Origin: an uncultured Chloroflexia bacterium
GTDB taxonomy: Bacteria; Chloroflexota; Limnocylindria; Limnocylindrales; CSP1-4
DNA: 64,000 bases
Reading direction: 5' to 3'
Assembly: GCA_963819655.1 (NCBI GenBank)
Contig: CAWFXA010000002.1
Coordinates: 1,376,001-1,440,000, forward strand
The notes beneath the pieces are model-generated. The model worked only from the letters and a program-made list of their open reading frames with translations, was not told the DNA's origin and made no database searches. Shown one piece after another: positions 1 to 10,071 of this stretch (position 1 is its first letter; each line of letters begins with the position of its first letter). Both the position numbers and the translations under genes were made by a program.

Positions 1-210
1 GAGCGGGGCCTCGCTCGGCTCTCGGCCGAGCAACGCGCCTCCGTGGTTCTCGTCTACTACCTCGACCTACCACTCGCCGATGCCGCGCAGGCAATGGGCG
101 TCCCGGTCGGTACCGCGAAGTCCCGGCTCAACCGGGCGACCAGCGCGCTGCGAGCGGCCATCGAAGCCGACGATCGCGAACCAGCGCGTGTCGGGGAGCA
201 GATCGCATGA
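1..210 (+). CDS. ECF RNA polymerase sigma factor, C-terminal part (region 4), truncated by window edge
   Basis: Frame 1 reads ERGLARLSAEQRASVVLVYYLDLPLADAAQAMGVPVGTAKSRLNRATSALR, a typical sigma-70 region 4 HTH. Stop overlaps the next ATG (ATGA). Confidence 0.9.
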   Translation, partial: ERGLARLSAEQRASVVLVYYLDLPLADAAQAMGVPVGTAKSRLNRATSALRAAIEADDREPARVGEQIA

Positions 211-1913
211 TGAACGACAGGTTTTCCGCCCAGCTCCGACAGCACCTGCTCACGACCGCTGACGAGCGACCCGCTGACGGTCGGCTCGCAGCGATCGTCG
301 AGGGCGTCGCCGTCACGCCGCAACGCCACCCACTCGTGGCGCGGCTTCCGTGGTTCCTGGGCCGCATCGACCCGTTCCCGTCTGCGGCGATGCGCTATGG
401 GCTCATCGCCGTCGCCCTGATCATCGCGATCGTGGGGGCGGCCCTCGCCGTCGGCTTTGGGCCGGCTCGGCGCACGGTGTTCGAGGGGACGTGGACGTCG
501 ATCGACCCCGCGGACGGCAGCACACAGACGCTGGTCGTCGGCGCCGGGACGCGCCCCGCGGTGCATTTCGAAGACGCGTTTGCGACCGGTGCCGCTTGCG
601 TGGCCGACGAGGTGAAGGTCTTCACAATGGACGGGACCGGGACGATCGTCGAGGACCTCCTCCATGTCACGTGGCCGGAGGGCGGTGGATGCGGCCTCAC
701 GAAGGTCGAAGTGGGTCCAGGGTCCTACACCCATGACCAGGCGACCGACACCCTCGTCGACGGCCTGGCGCTGACTTGGACTCGGCTCCGGGGCTCGGTC
801 GTGCCGCCCAGCAGCACGCCGGTCACAGAGCCGTCCCTCGCGACCCGATCACCTTCACCGTCTCCGCCGCCGACGCCTCACCCTGGGGAAGCGACGTTCA
901 CCTCGACTACCCACGGGTTCTCGATGGGTGTCCCTGAGGGCTGGCAGACCAGACTCGCCACGGAGCCGTGGACCGGGGGACAGCTGGACTTCGACTCGCC
1001 GGCGGCTGACGTCATCTTCGACCCCAGACGCGGAAACGGCCTGTATCTGCTCGTGGCCTCGCAGCCGTTCGTCGATATGAGCGAGGACGCCTGGAGGGCC
1101 TCGGTCCTCCAGTGGACCTGCCGCGGCCATCGCGGCGGTGAGATGTGGAGCTGGAGTGTCGACGGGGCCTACTCGTATCAGCAAGGTCCCTGCAACAGTG
1201 GCTCCATCATCGCAACGGACACACGCGGCTACCTCATCCGAATGGTCGCGTCGAGCGACGAGCCGGGACTCGCCGATACCTACGACTGGGACTGGCTCAA
1301 GTCGGTACTGGAAACGGTCGACCTGCGCCCGGAGGACGCGTTCGACCCACCCAGCGCGGGGGCACCGGTCCCACAGTGCGCCGACATCGCGGCCGGCGCC
1401 ACGTACATCAATCGGTTCGGGACTCCGAAACTCCGGGCGACGGTCCCGGTCGGAGCGCAGAGCTTGTGGCAGGGCTACCGGGACGAATTCATGTTGGGCA
1501 AAACGTGCCCGTTCGGAGACCTGCTCACGATCGACGCATCGATCGTGGACGCCGTCATCAACCACGCGTGCGACCCGTGGATGAGATCACCGGTGGGTTT
1601 CGGGACGCTGGCAGAGGCCGCGGAGGCGATCGTCGCCCAGCCGGGCCACCGGACGTCCGAACCGACCGAGGTCACGATCGCCGGCAACGCCGCGCTCCGA
1701 CTCGAGATCTCGACTGAAGGCAGCACCTGCACCAACGGGATCGGCCTGTGGTACGGCAATGAGTTCGGCCTCGATCGGGACGCGATCGTCTACCTGGTCG
1801 ACGTGGACGGGGTAACGCTCGCGATCGCGGTCTGGTACGTCCGATCCGCGACGACGCCGCCCCAGCTCGCCGAGGCGGAAGCGATCGTCGCCTCGATCCA
1901 GATCGAACGCTGA
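207..1913 (+). CDS. Putative anti-sigma-like membrane protein with large modular extracytoplasmic region
   Basis: 568 aa, coupled to the ECF sigma. Short N-terminal cytoplasmic part, one TM helix (YGLIAVALIIAIVGAALAVGF), Pro/Ser/Thr linkers separating about 3 domains. Confidence 0.7.
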   Translation: MMNDRFSAQLRQHLLTTADERPADGRLAAIVEGVAVTPQRHPLVARLPWFLGRIDPFPSAAMRYGLIAVALIIAIVGAALAVGFGPARRTVFEGTWTSIDPADGSTQTLVVGAGTRPAVHFEDAFATGAACVADEVKVFTMDGTGTIVEDLLHVTWPEGGGCGLTKVEVGPGSYTHDQATDTLVDGLALTWTRLRGSVVPPSSTPVTEPSLATRSPSPSPPPTPHPGEATFTSTTHGFSMGVPEGWQTRLATEPWTGGQLDFDSPAADVIFDPRRGNGLYLLVASQPFVDMSEDAWRASVLQWTCRGHRGGEMWSWSVDGAYSYQQGPCNSGSIIATDTRGYLIRMVASSDEPGLADTYDWDWLKSVLETVDLRPEDAFDPPSAGAPVPQCADIAAGATYINRFGTPKLRATVPVGAQSLWQGYRDEFMLGKTCPFGDLLTIDASIVDAVINHACDPWMRSPVGFGTLAEAAEAIVAQPGHRTSEPTEVTIAGNAALRLEISTEGSTCTNGIGLWYGNEFGLDRDAIVYLVDVDGVTLAIAVWYVRSATTPPQLAEAEAIVASIQIER

Positions 1914-2035
1914 GTCGAAAGCGCGATGCTCCCAGTCGGTGCGGTGAAACACGAGATCTGACACCGCCTCGGCGACGACAAGGATGGAACCTTTCGACGC
2001 CATTCTTTCCACATCATGAGTAACCGATAGGAGGG

Positions 2036-2608
2036 ATGAGCATGCGAACGATCGTCGCCGCCCTGTTTGGCACGCTCCTCGTCGCCGGCTGCGCCGGCGC
2101 GACGGGCAGTGCCGCGCCAGCCGCCTCAGCTCCGGCACCGAGCACCCCAGCGTCAGTCGATCCGTCGCCGGCGGCATCGGTGGCGTCCCCGGGCGCCACG
2201 CCGAGCGCGAGCGGCGCGTTCGGCGGCATCGTGCACTACCAGCTCGACGGAGCCGCCGCCACGACGGAGGTCGACCTCGTCGCGGATGGCGCGACCGTGT
2301 CCGGCACGGCCGTCACGACGTTCCGCGGAAGCACCCACACGGTCCGGCTCGGGTGCGCCACTCGGAACGGCGATACATGGGCCCTCGGCGGCACGATAGA
2401 GCAGACCACGGTTTCCGGCGAGCGTGCCGGCGACTGGTCGGCGGTCATCGTCAAGGACGGCTCGCCCCAGCAGATCGGGATCTGGCTCTCCGCCCCCCCG
2501 TCGGCCGGTAGCGACTGCGATGCCTTCCTGGCATCGACCGATTTCGCCAACATCGGTCTTGAGAACTTCAACCCCGTGGAGTCCGGCGCGCTGGTGCCCC
2601 CCGCCTGA
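2036..2608 (+). CDS. Hypothetical lipoprotein
   Basis: Lipobox LVAG-C, Ala/Ser/Pro linker, AGGAGG RBS. Confidence 0.8.
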   Translation: MSMRTIVAALFGTLLVAGCAGATGSAAPAASAPAPSTPASVDPSPAASVASPGATPSASGAFGGIVHYQLDGAAATTEVDLVADGATVSGTAVTTFRGSTHTVRLGCATRNGDTWALGGTIEQTTVSGERAGDWSAVIVKDGSPQQIGIWLSAPPSAGSDCDAFLASTDFANIGLENFNPVESGALVPPA

Positions 2609-2761
2609 TCCGGCGCCCTGAGCGCGAGCCTGAACCGAACGCCTGGCGGCGTACGAAGAGAGTCGCCGGCCCGGTCGGCCGCGGTCCGGCTGAGCGCCCG
2701 ACCGGCACGATGCTGGCACGTCTCGAACGACTCAGCGTTGCCGAGCCCCTGAGGGCGCGAC

Positions 2762-3295
2762 CTAACCTTCCCACTCGTCGACTTTGGGGCGGGTCCGCAG
2801 GTCGACGAGCTCCGACACCCAGTCGCGAAGCCGGAGGAGATGCTCGCCGTAATGTTCGGCGCCGGCCTTTCGGATCCACTGGTTCGCCGCCTCGTCGGGT
2901 CCGCGCAGGCCGGACCACGCCTCGAGCATCCAGGCCCTGGCTGCGTTGGCGTCAGCCCAAACACTCTCCCAGGGCTCGGCCTTCGTGGCGGCGAGGATCG
3001 CAGCGTTCCGTCCCTCGACGTCGATCTCGTGAGGCACGTATGAACGGGCAGCGATGTCGAGGAGCTGGGTCCGTGCCTCGGCCATCCACGCCCCGAGATG
3101 GGCGACCAGGTCCTTCACGCTCCAGTCAGGGTCACGGTAGTAACCCGGTGCGAGCCGCTCGTCGTCGCTGAGCAAGTCCACGAATGCGGTGATCGCCTTC
3201 CATCGCGAATGCGCGAGCTCGACCTCCGCGGCATAGGCTTCCTCGAGGCGCCACGGCAAGTTCTGTGCCGTCGGTTCATTGAGTTCGTTCAACAT
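2762..3295 (-). CDS. DinB/ClbS-DfsB-like (maleylpyruvate isomerase N-terminal-like) protein
   Basis: WSVKDLVAHLGAW and HYGEH metal-binding motifs; AGGAGG upstream. Confidence 0.75.
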   Translation of the reverse strand: MLNELNEPTAQNLPWRLEEAYAAEVELAHSRWKAITAFVDLLSDDERLAPGYYRDPDWSVKDLVAHLGAWMAEARTQLLDIAARSYVPHEIDVEGRNAAILAATKAEPWESVWADANAARAWMLEAWSGLRGPDEAANQWIRKAGAEHYGEHLLRLRDWVSELVDLRTRPKVDEWEG

Positions 3296-3313
3296 CGGAA
3301 ACCTCCCCTCCTC

Positions 3314-3748
3314 CTAGCGGTTGATCACTGCGCTCGTCCACGCATCGACGGTGTCCAGTGCCGCTGCCAGATCGGCGTCGAGCCCGTATCGACGGGCGAC
3401 ATCGGCCGGTGACGGGTAGCTGACCTTCGTCTGGTAGCCGTCCTCCCAGACGATCACTCGCAGCGGCAAGTCGAGTGCGGCCAGCGGCGCGGCGTCGATC
3501 ACCGGCGTCGTGCTCGACGGGCTGCCGACGATGAACAGCTTCGTGTCGCGCAAGGCGAGCCCGATGCGCCGTGCCTCGTCGCTGTGGTCGATCACCGCGA
3601 AGACCTTCAGTCCTCGCGCTGCCACGACTGCGGAGAGCCGAGCCACCGTCTCGGCCATCGACCACGGACTCACCTTCGTGACGACGATCTGGTCATCGCC
3701 GCTGCGCGGATCCGACCCGTGGCGGTGCGCTGATGGTTCGCTCGGCAT
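3314..3748 (-). CDS. DUF302 domain protein
   Basis: ETVARL...GLKVFAVIDHS...AALDLPLRVIVWED. ATG at 3748 follows an AGGAG RBS; the longer ORF start is unlikely. Confidence 0.8.
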   Translation of the reverse strand: MPSEPSAHRHGSDPRSGDDQIVVTKVSPWSMAETVARLSAVVAARGLKVFAVIDHSDEARRIGLALRDTKLFIVGSPSSTTPVIDAAPLAALDLPLRVIVWEDGYQTKVSYPSPADVARRYGLDADLAAALDTVDAWTSAVINR

Positions 3749-3914
3749 CGGGACTCCTGGATCGGATGGAGATCGCCATCGTTTCGCGCCGGCCGATCCG
3801 CCGTCTTGCGTCAGATGACTCCAAACGCAGCGGCGCAAGGTCTTGCCCCGCCACGTGCCGGCGGTTGACAATGCGGTCGGACAGAGCAAGGTGCCCACGC
3901 TCGCGTACCGCCCC

Positions 3915-6877
3915 ATGATCGACCCCCATTCCCCCCTGAACGACGAACGGCAAGTCGACCGTCGCCGGCCCGGCAACCTGGTCGGGCGCGAGACGGAGAT
4001 GGACCGCATCCAGGCGTTCCTCGCCACGGCCCGGACCGATGGCGGCGCCCTGCTGGTCACCGGCGAGCCAGGGATCGGAAAGACCGAGCTCCTCGATGCC
4101 GCCGCGGAGGTCGCTGCGGCGGCAGACACCCGGATCCTCCATGCGGCCGGCGTCGAGTTCGAGGCCGGGATGAGCTTCTCCGGTCTGAACCAGGTCCTAC
4201 TCCCGCTCCTGGACGTGTTGCCGCAGCTTCCGGCCGTCCATCGAGACGCGCTCAACGTCGCACTCGGCTTCGGCGAGGGCGTCGCCCCCGAGCCGGCTCG
4301 TCGTGTCGAATGCGGCGCTCTTGCTGCTGCGCGATGGCAGCGACCGATCGACCGTTGCTCGTCATCCTCGACGACCTGCCCTGGCTGGACCGAGCGAGCG
4401 CCGGCGTGCTGAGCTTCGTCGCGCGGCGCCTCGAGGGCAGCCAGGTCGGCGCTGATCGGGGCGTCGCGGACCGGAGAGGAAGACTTCTTCGATCACGGCG
4501 GCTTGCCCGAGCTCGAGGTCGAGCCGCTCGTTGACGGCTCGTCACGGCAACTGCTCCAGACACGCGCTTCGCCGACCTCGTGCCTCCCGTTCGCGAGCGC
4601 ATCCTTGAGGAGGCACAGGGGAACCCGCTCGCGCTGTTGGAGCTTCCCCTTGCGCTCGGGCCGTCCATCCGTGCGTCCGCCGACGGCGCTGCCGTCGACG
4701 CTCCCGCTCGGTCGACGGCTCCAGGCGCTGTTCGGATCGCGGATCACCGGGCCTCCCGCCCCGGACACGGCAGCTCCTGCTGCTCATGGCGCTCGATGGC
4801 ACCGGCGACGTGCGCGTTCTGGAGGTGGGATCGGCCCCGAACGCCGGCTATCGCGATCTCGCCGCGGCAGAGCAGGCACGACTCGCCTACCTGGACGAGG
4901 CGACGCACCGGCTCGCGTTCCGCCACCCGCTCATCCGCTCGGCCGTCGTCGACCTCTCGCAGGCCGAGGAACGTCGAACCGCGCATCGCGCCCTGGCCGA
5001 CGTGTGGGCGGACCAGCCAGACCGCCGGGCGTGGCATCTCGCCGAGGCGACCGTCGAGCCGGACGAGTCGGTGGCGGCGCAGCTCGAGGCGTACGGCGGC
5101 GCGGATCCTCGCCCGAGGTGACGCCGTCGGTTGCGTCAAGGCGCTGACTCGATCGGCTGATCTCAGTCCACGGAGCGCGGATCGTCATCGGCGACTGGCT
5201 GCGGCCGCCTACATCGGCGCCGACGTGGCCGGTGATCTCGGCAACGCCTCGCAGGTGCTCGCAGAGCTCCGGCGCGGGGACACCGAGGTCGAGGGATCCC
5301 TGCAAGCGGCCATCGCCGCGTCTGCGTTCCTGCTGTAGGCCGACGGGGATATCGCGACCGCCCATCGTCTGCTGGTCGGTGCGACTCGAGAGCCGTCAGG
5401 GCGCCCTGACGCCCGCGATCCCGTCCTTGCCGAGGCGCTCCACTCGCTGATGATGGTGTGCTCGCTACGGCGGGGAGGAGGACCTTTGGCGGTCGTTCGA
5501 GGATGCGATGGCGCGCAGCCGATGGGATCCCCATCGCCCTCGATCTGAACAGCAAGATCTTCGCGGATCCCGCGCGTGCGGGGGCTACGGCGCTCGAGGC
5601 ACTCGACTCGGCGATCGCCGCGCTCGCTGACGAGTCGGACCCGGCCCAGATCATCCGGATCGGGATGTCGGCCTCCTACGTCGACCGGCTCGAAGGATGT
5701 CGAGACGCCCTGTGGCGCGTCGTCCGCGACGCGCGTGAAGGCGGCGCGGTCGCGTCGGGCATCACCGCCATGATCGAGCTAGCGTTGACGACCTCTAGGC
5801 GGGTCGCTGGGATGAGGCCGAGCGACTGGTTGACGAAGCGATCCAGGTCTGCGAGGCCCACGGATACGATGCCTTGATATGGCCGTGCCGGTTCTGTCCA
5901 AGCCATTATCGCGGCTGGACGGGGCGACGCTACAACGGGCCGCGGAGCTATCCGGACGAGCTCGTCCAGTGGGCCGGACCACGGGGGATCCGTGCAGGTC
6001 AATCGTGGGCCTGGCAGGTGCGTGGGCTGGCCGCGCTCGGGCAGAGGTGATTTCGAGGAGGCCTACCAGCAGGCGAGCAGAATCAGCCCACCTGGGCCTT
6101 CTCGCGCCGCACACGCCGCATGCCCTCAGGGTGCTCATGGACCTGGTCGAGACGGCAGTTCGCACCGGTCGTGATGCCGAGGCGGCGGCGCACGTCGCCG
6201 CGATGCGAGAGGCAAACCTCGCCGGATTGTCGTCGCGCCTCGCGCTCGTGGTCGGCGGATCGACCGCGATGGCGGCACCCGATGACACGGCGTTGGAGCT
6301 GTTCCAGGTGACCCTGGCGCTCCCGGGGATCGAGCGGTGGCAGTTCGACCACGCTCGAGTGCGGCTTGCCTACGGCGAACGCCTGCGGCGCAGCCGGGCG
6401 ATGATCGAGGCACGGGAACAGCTCAACGCCGCGCTCGCGATCTTCGAGCGCCTCGGCGCCCGACCCTGGGTGGACCGCACGACCGCCGAGCTGCGCGCGA
6501 CGGGACAGACCAAGCCGCGTGCCGGTGACAACGTCCTGGACCGGCTCACGCCCCAGGAGTTCGAGATCGTGACCCTCGCGGCGTCGGGCATGACCAACAA
6601 GCAGATCGCGGAACGGCTGTTCCTGTCGCATCGGACCGTCGGCGGTCACCTCCACCGAGCCTTCCCCAAGCTCGGTGTCTCGACCCGAGCGGCCCTCCGC
6701 GATGCGCTGGAGTCCCTCCCGCACGGAGCAACACCCGCTCAACTACCGATCCTCCCCGGTCGGCGCCCGCTAGTCGAATCGTCCGCGCGAGGCCGAATCG
6801 GGTCATTTGACCGAAGAGCGCCCTCCGACGTTGCCCCGACCATCGACCTACTCGCGGTAGCAACAGGAAGGACGTGA
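3915..6877 (+). pseudogene. Large AAA-ATPase/LuxR-HTH transcriptional regulator, broken by many frameshifts and an in-frame stop
   Basis: N-terminal LVGRETE...GEPGIGKT Walker A, LDDLPWLD Walker B, GNPLALLEL and AFRHPLIRSAV lie in successive frames. C-terminal LTPQEFEIVTLAASGMTNKQIAERLFLSHRTV is a LuxR HTH. TAG at 5336-5338. Confidence 0.85.
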
Positions 6878-6881
6878 CCTC

Positions 6882-7679
6882 ATGAAGATCGTCGTCATCG
6901 GCGGCACCGGGCTGATCGGCTCGAAGGTCGTCGCGGTGCTCACCGAGCACGGCCACGAGGCCGTCCCGGCCTCACCACGCCTCGGCATCAACACGATCAC
7001 CGGCGAAGGACTCGCCGAGGCCCTCGACGGCGCATCGGTCGTGGTCGATGTGTCGAACTCACCGAATTTCGAGTACGCGACCGCGCTCGACTTCTTCGCG
7101 ACCTCGACCCAGCACCTGCTGATGGCCGAGGCGGCTGCGGGGGTCGGGCATCACGTCGCGTTGTCGGTCGTCGGGACGAAGGCGCTGTCCGAGGGAGGCG
7201 ACCTCACGAAGACGACCGCCGGGTACTTCCTGGCGAAGCTCGTCGAGGAGGCGCTGATCCGGACGTCGTCGATCCCGTACTCGATCGTCCACGCGACCCA
7301 GTTCTTCGAGTTCATCAAGAGCATCGCCGACAGCGCCACCGACGGCAGCACGGTCCGGTTGCCGCCGGTCGCGTTCCAGCCGATGGCGGCCGCCGACGTC
7401 GCCAAGGCCGTCGGCCGGGTCGCGGACGGGTCGCCGGTCAACGGCATCGTCGAGGTCGGCGGTCCGGAGACGTTCCCGTTCGACGAGGCCGTCCGGCGTG
7501 CCCTCGCGGCGACGAACGACCCGCGGACGGTCACCGCCGACCCGTCTGCGACGTACTTCGGCATCGCCGTGGACGAGCGCTCGCTCGTGCCCGGGGACGG
7601 GGCGATGGTCGGCGAGATCCGTCTCGACGACTGGCTCCGCGAGAACGCCGCCGTTCCGGCGGCGGCCGCCGCCAGGTAG
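6882..7679 (+). CDS. NAD(P)-binding SDR/NmrA-like oxidoreductase
   Basis: MKIVVIGGTGLIGS Rossmann motif; ATQFFEF motif. Confidence 0.9.
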   Translation: MKIVVIGGTGLIGSKVVAVLTEHGHEAVPASPRLGINTITGEGLAEALDGASVVVDVSNSPNFEYATALDFFATSTQHLLMAEAAAGVGHHVALSVVGTKALSEGGDLTKTTAGYFLAKLVEEALIRTSSIPYSIVHATQFFEFIKSIADSATDGSTVRLPPVAFQPMAAADVAKAVGRVADGSPVNGIVEVGGPETFPFDEAVRRALAATNDPRTVTADPSATYFGIAVDERSLVPGDGAMVGEIRLDDWLRENAAVPAAAAAR

Positions 7680-7745
7680 GCGTGGGCCGGTCGGTCTTCT
7701 GGCACCAGCCAGTGAACCAAGGAAGAACGAGAAAGGACGTACAAC

Positions 7746-8626
7746 ATGAGCACCACCACTGAGCGGGCGGGAGCGCCCGAGGCGGCCGATCGATCACCGA
7801 ACGCGAGCGCGAGCAGGTCGAGCGTGCGAACGCGACCACGGCGACGCCGGTGGTCTTCATCCACGGGCTGTGGCTGTTGCCCTCGAGCTGGGACAAATGG
7901 GTCGCGCTCTTCGAGGAGGCCGGGTACGTCGCGCTGACGCCAGACTGGCCCGATGATCCCGAAACGGTTGAGGAAGCCCGGGCGGAGCCCGAGGTCCTCG
8001 CCAAGAAGACCCTGAAGCAGGTCGCCGATCACACGACCGAGGTCATCTCTGGCCTGAAGAAGAAGCCAGTGATCATGGGGCACTCCACTGGCGGTCTGCT
8101 CGCGGAGATGCTCGCGGGGCAGGGCCTCTCGGCGGTCACCGTGGCGATCGATCCCGGAGTCTTCCGCGGCGTCCTGCCACTGCCGCTGTCGGTGCTGAGG
8201 TCCGCAGGCCCGTTCCTGATCAACCCGCGCAATCGCGGCCGCGCGCTCACGCTCACGTTCGACCAGTTCCGATACGCCTGGACGAACAACCTGGACGAGG
8301 ACGAGGCGATGGAGCTCTACGACAAGTTCCATGTCGCCGCCTCGGGGATATCGCTCGCGCAGATGGGCAATGCGAACCTCAACCCATGGACCGAAGCGAA
8401 GGTGGACACGAAGAACCCGGACCGCGGCCCCTTGCTGATCATCGAGGGCGAGAAGGACCACACGGTGCCGTGGGCGATCGCGGACGCTGCCTACAAGCGG
8501 CAGAAGCGCAACCCCGGCGTGACGGAGATCGTGAAGATCCCGAACCGAGGCCACTCCCTCACGATCGACCACGGCTGGCGCGAGGTCGCCCAGACCGCGC
8601 TCGATTTCGTCAAGAGGTTCGCGTAG
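7746..8626 (+). CDS. Alpha/beta hydrolase (one frameshift near 7795)
   Basis: PVVFIHGLW, nucleophile GHSTGG, D and H of triad (EKDHTVP, RGHSL). ATG 7746 with AAGGA RBS lies in another frame. Confidence 0.85.
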
Positions 8627-8712
8627 CGATCGCTCCGTCGACCCTCAAGGAGCGGGCCACGCAACGACCGTAGGCTAGCGCTAGCCGGCTCAGGCCAGAG
8701 GTCGAGCCAGTT

Positions 8713-8754
8713 GACGGAACCAGCGAGGTCGATGCCTCGCTGGTTCCGTCGTTT
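8713..8754 (+). terminator. Strong hairpin, probable terminator after the hydrolase
   Basis: Perfect 16-bp stem GACGGAACCAGCGAGG/CCTCGCTGGTTCCGTC followed by GTTT. Confidence 0.6.
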
Positions 8755-8828
8755 CGAACGGATCGCAGGAAGATGACCCTCGCCCGCAGCCGAGAGATCG
8801 GGACGTCGAAGAACCGAAGGGAGCGCGA

Positions 8829-9068
8829 ATGATGCCCGACTCCACGGAGCCCGTTAGCTTCGAGACGCAGGTCAAGCCGATGTTCCGCGAGCGTGACCGA
8901 GAATCGATGGAGTTTGCCTTCGACCTCTGGTCCCGCGATGAGGTCAGCGAACACGCAGACGCCATCCTCGCCCGCCTCAAGGCCGGCACGATGCCTTGCG
9001 ATGGCGCTTGGCCTCCGGCCCAGGTCGCCCTCTTCGAGCGTTGGGTCGCAAGCGGCAAGCCGCGCTGA
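8829..9068 (+). CDS. Small conserved hypothetical protein (cytochrome-c-like outline without CxxCH)
   Basis: AGGGAG RBS; VSFETQVKPMF...GTMPCDGAWP...LFERWV. Confidence 0.7.
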   Translation: MMPDSTEPVSFETQVKPMFRERDRESMEFAFDLWSRDEVSEHADAILARLKAGTMPCDGAWPPAQVALFERWVASGKPR

Positions 9069-9173
9069 CCATTCGCGAGATACGCGAACCCCGGCCTGAT
9101 GGTTCTCTTCGGACAAGAGATCGGGCCATCGAAGGTCCTTGGCGGCTCACCCCGCGGAGGTTGCTCGACTCCC

Positions 9174-9758
9174 TCATCGTCCCGCGTCGGGGCTGCACGG
9201 ACGTTGGTAGCGGTCCTCGTCCCGCTGCAGCTCGAGGAAGTGGTTGCCACCTCCCAGCGTGCCGAGCTGCGACAGGGCGCGGTCGAACCAGACGTCCTTG
9301 ACCGACTCGGGCTTCACGATGCCCATCGCCTCCAGCGCGACCTCGCGGTCGACCGGGGTCTTGAGCCCGTGGAAACCGGTCGGGACGCCCCGATCGATGT
9401 CGGCCAGGACCGCGTCGAGCACTGCCGACGGCAGGTCCTCGACGGTCAGGTCGGTCTCGACGAGGGCGACACCGCAGCCGATGTCGACGCCGATCGCGTA
9501 CGGCACGACGGCCTTGTCGGCGAACAGCACGCCACCGATCGGCATGCCGTAGCCGGCATGACCGTCGGGCATGAGCGCGACGTGGTCGATCGCGAACGGC
9601 AGGTTCGACACGTTGGTCGCCTGCTCGAGCGTGCGCGGGTCGAGCTCGCCGGCCCACGACTTGATCGGCACGCGGCCGGGCTTGGTGACGATGGGCAGCG
9701 CGGTGGAGGTCGCCTTGGCGGCGGTCGTTGACGTCTCTGAGGTCTCGATGGTCGACAT
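9174..9758 (-). pseudogene. rtcB: RtcB family RNA ligase, N-terminal half only
   Basis: ALMPDGHAGYGMPIGGV, AIGVDIGCG, QLGTLGGGNHFLELQ. Homology stops after RDED (about 9213) and I find no HSGSRG continuation in any frame. GGAGG RBS before ATG 9758. Confidence 0.9.
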
Positions 9759-9789
9759 GATCGCTGGACCTCCGGCCAGCATTGTGAGG

Positions 9790-9864
9790 TGGGGTGGTCG
9801 TCGGAGTCGAACCGACGTCTGCTGGCTCCACATGCCACGGCCTTCTGTCAGGACGACGACCACC
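9790..9864 (-). tRNA. Degenerate tRNA-His(GUG)-like RNA
   Basis: 8-bp acceptor GGTGGTCG/CGACCACC plus CCA (His-type G-1), T8, T-loop GGTTCGACTCC, anticodon arm TGGC-AT-GTG-GA-GCCA. D-arm is non-canonical and the T-stem/acceptor junction is 1 nt short. Confidence 0.65.
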
Positions 9865-9880
9865 ACGGGGAGCAGGGGAC

Positions 9881-9915
9881 AAAACGAAACCGGCTCCTCG
9901 GATGGAGGAGCCGGT
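9881..9915 (-). terminator. Intrinsic terminator/attenuator upstream of tRNA-like RNA and rtcB
   Basis: 11-bp stem ACCGGCTCCTC/GAGGAGCCGGT followed by TTCGTTTT on the minus strand. Confidence 0.75.
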
Positions 9916-9942
9916 CGGAAGGCGGCAGGACGCAGCCGTGCG

Positions 9943-10071
9943 CTACCCCTGTCGATGCCTCCGATCGGTCTCCAGCCGATGACCGCGTGACTCGCGGACA
10001 CGACGGACAAGCCGAACGCCCAGCGGGCGTTTCGGTCGATCGCGTCGGTATCGCGGTTGGCGCTTGGTCAT
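9943..10071 (-). CDS. Putative 42-aa leader peptide (15 Arg, 2 His)
   Basis: GAGG then ATG 10071, MTKRQPRYRRDRPKRPLGVRLVRRVRESRGHRLETDRRHRQG, stop 27 nt before the terminator stem. Confidence 0.4.
   Translation of the reverse strand: MTKRQPRYRRDRPKRPLGVRLVRRVRESRGHRLETDRRHRQG

Noticed and set aside
9174-10010. Extended 278-aa rtcB ORF start
   Set aside because: It would run through the terminator and tRNA-like RNA; ATG 9758 has a GGAGG RBS.
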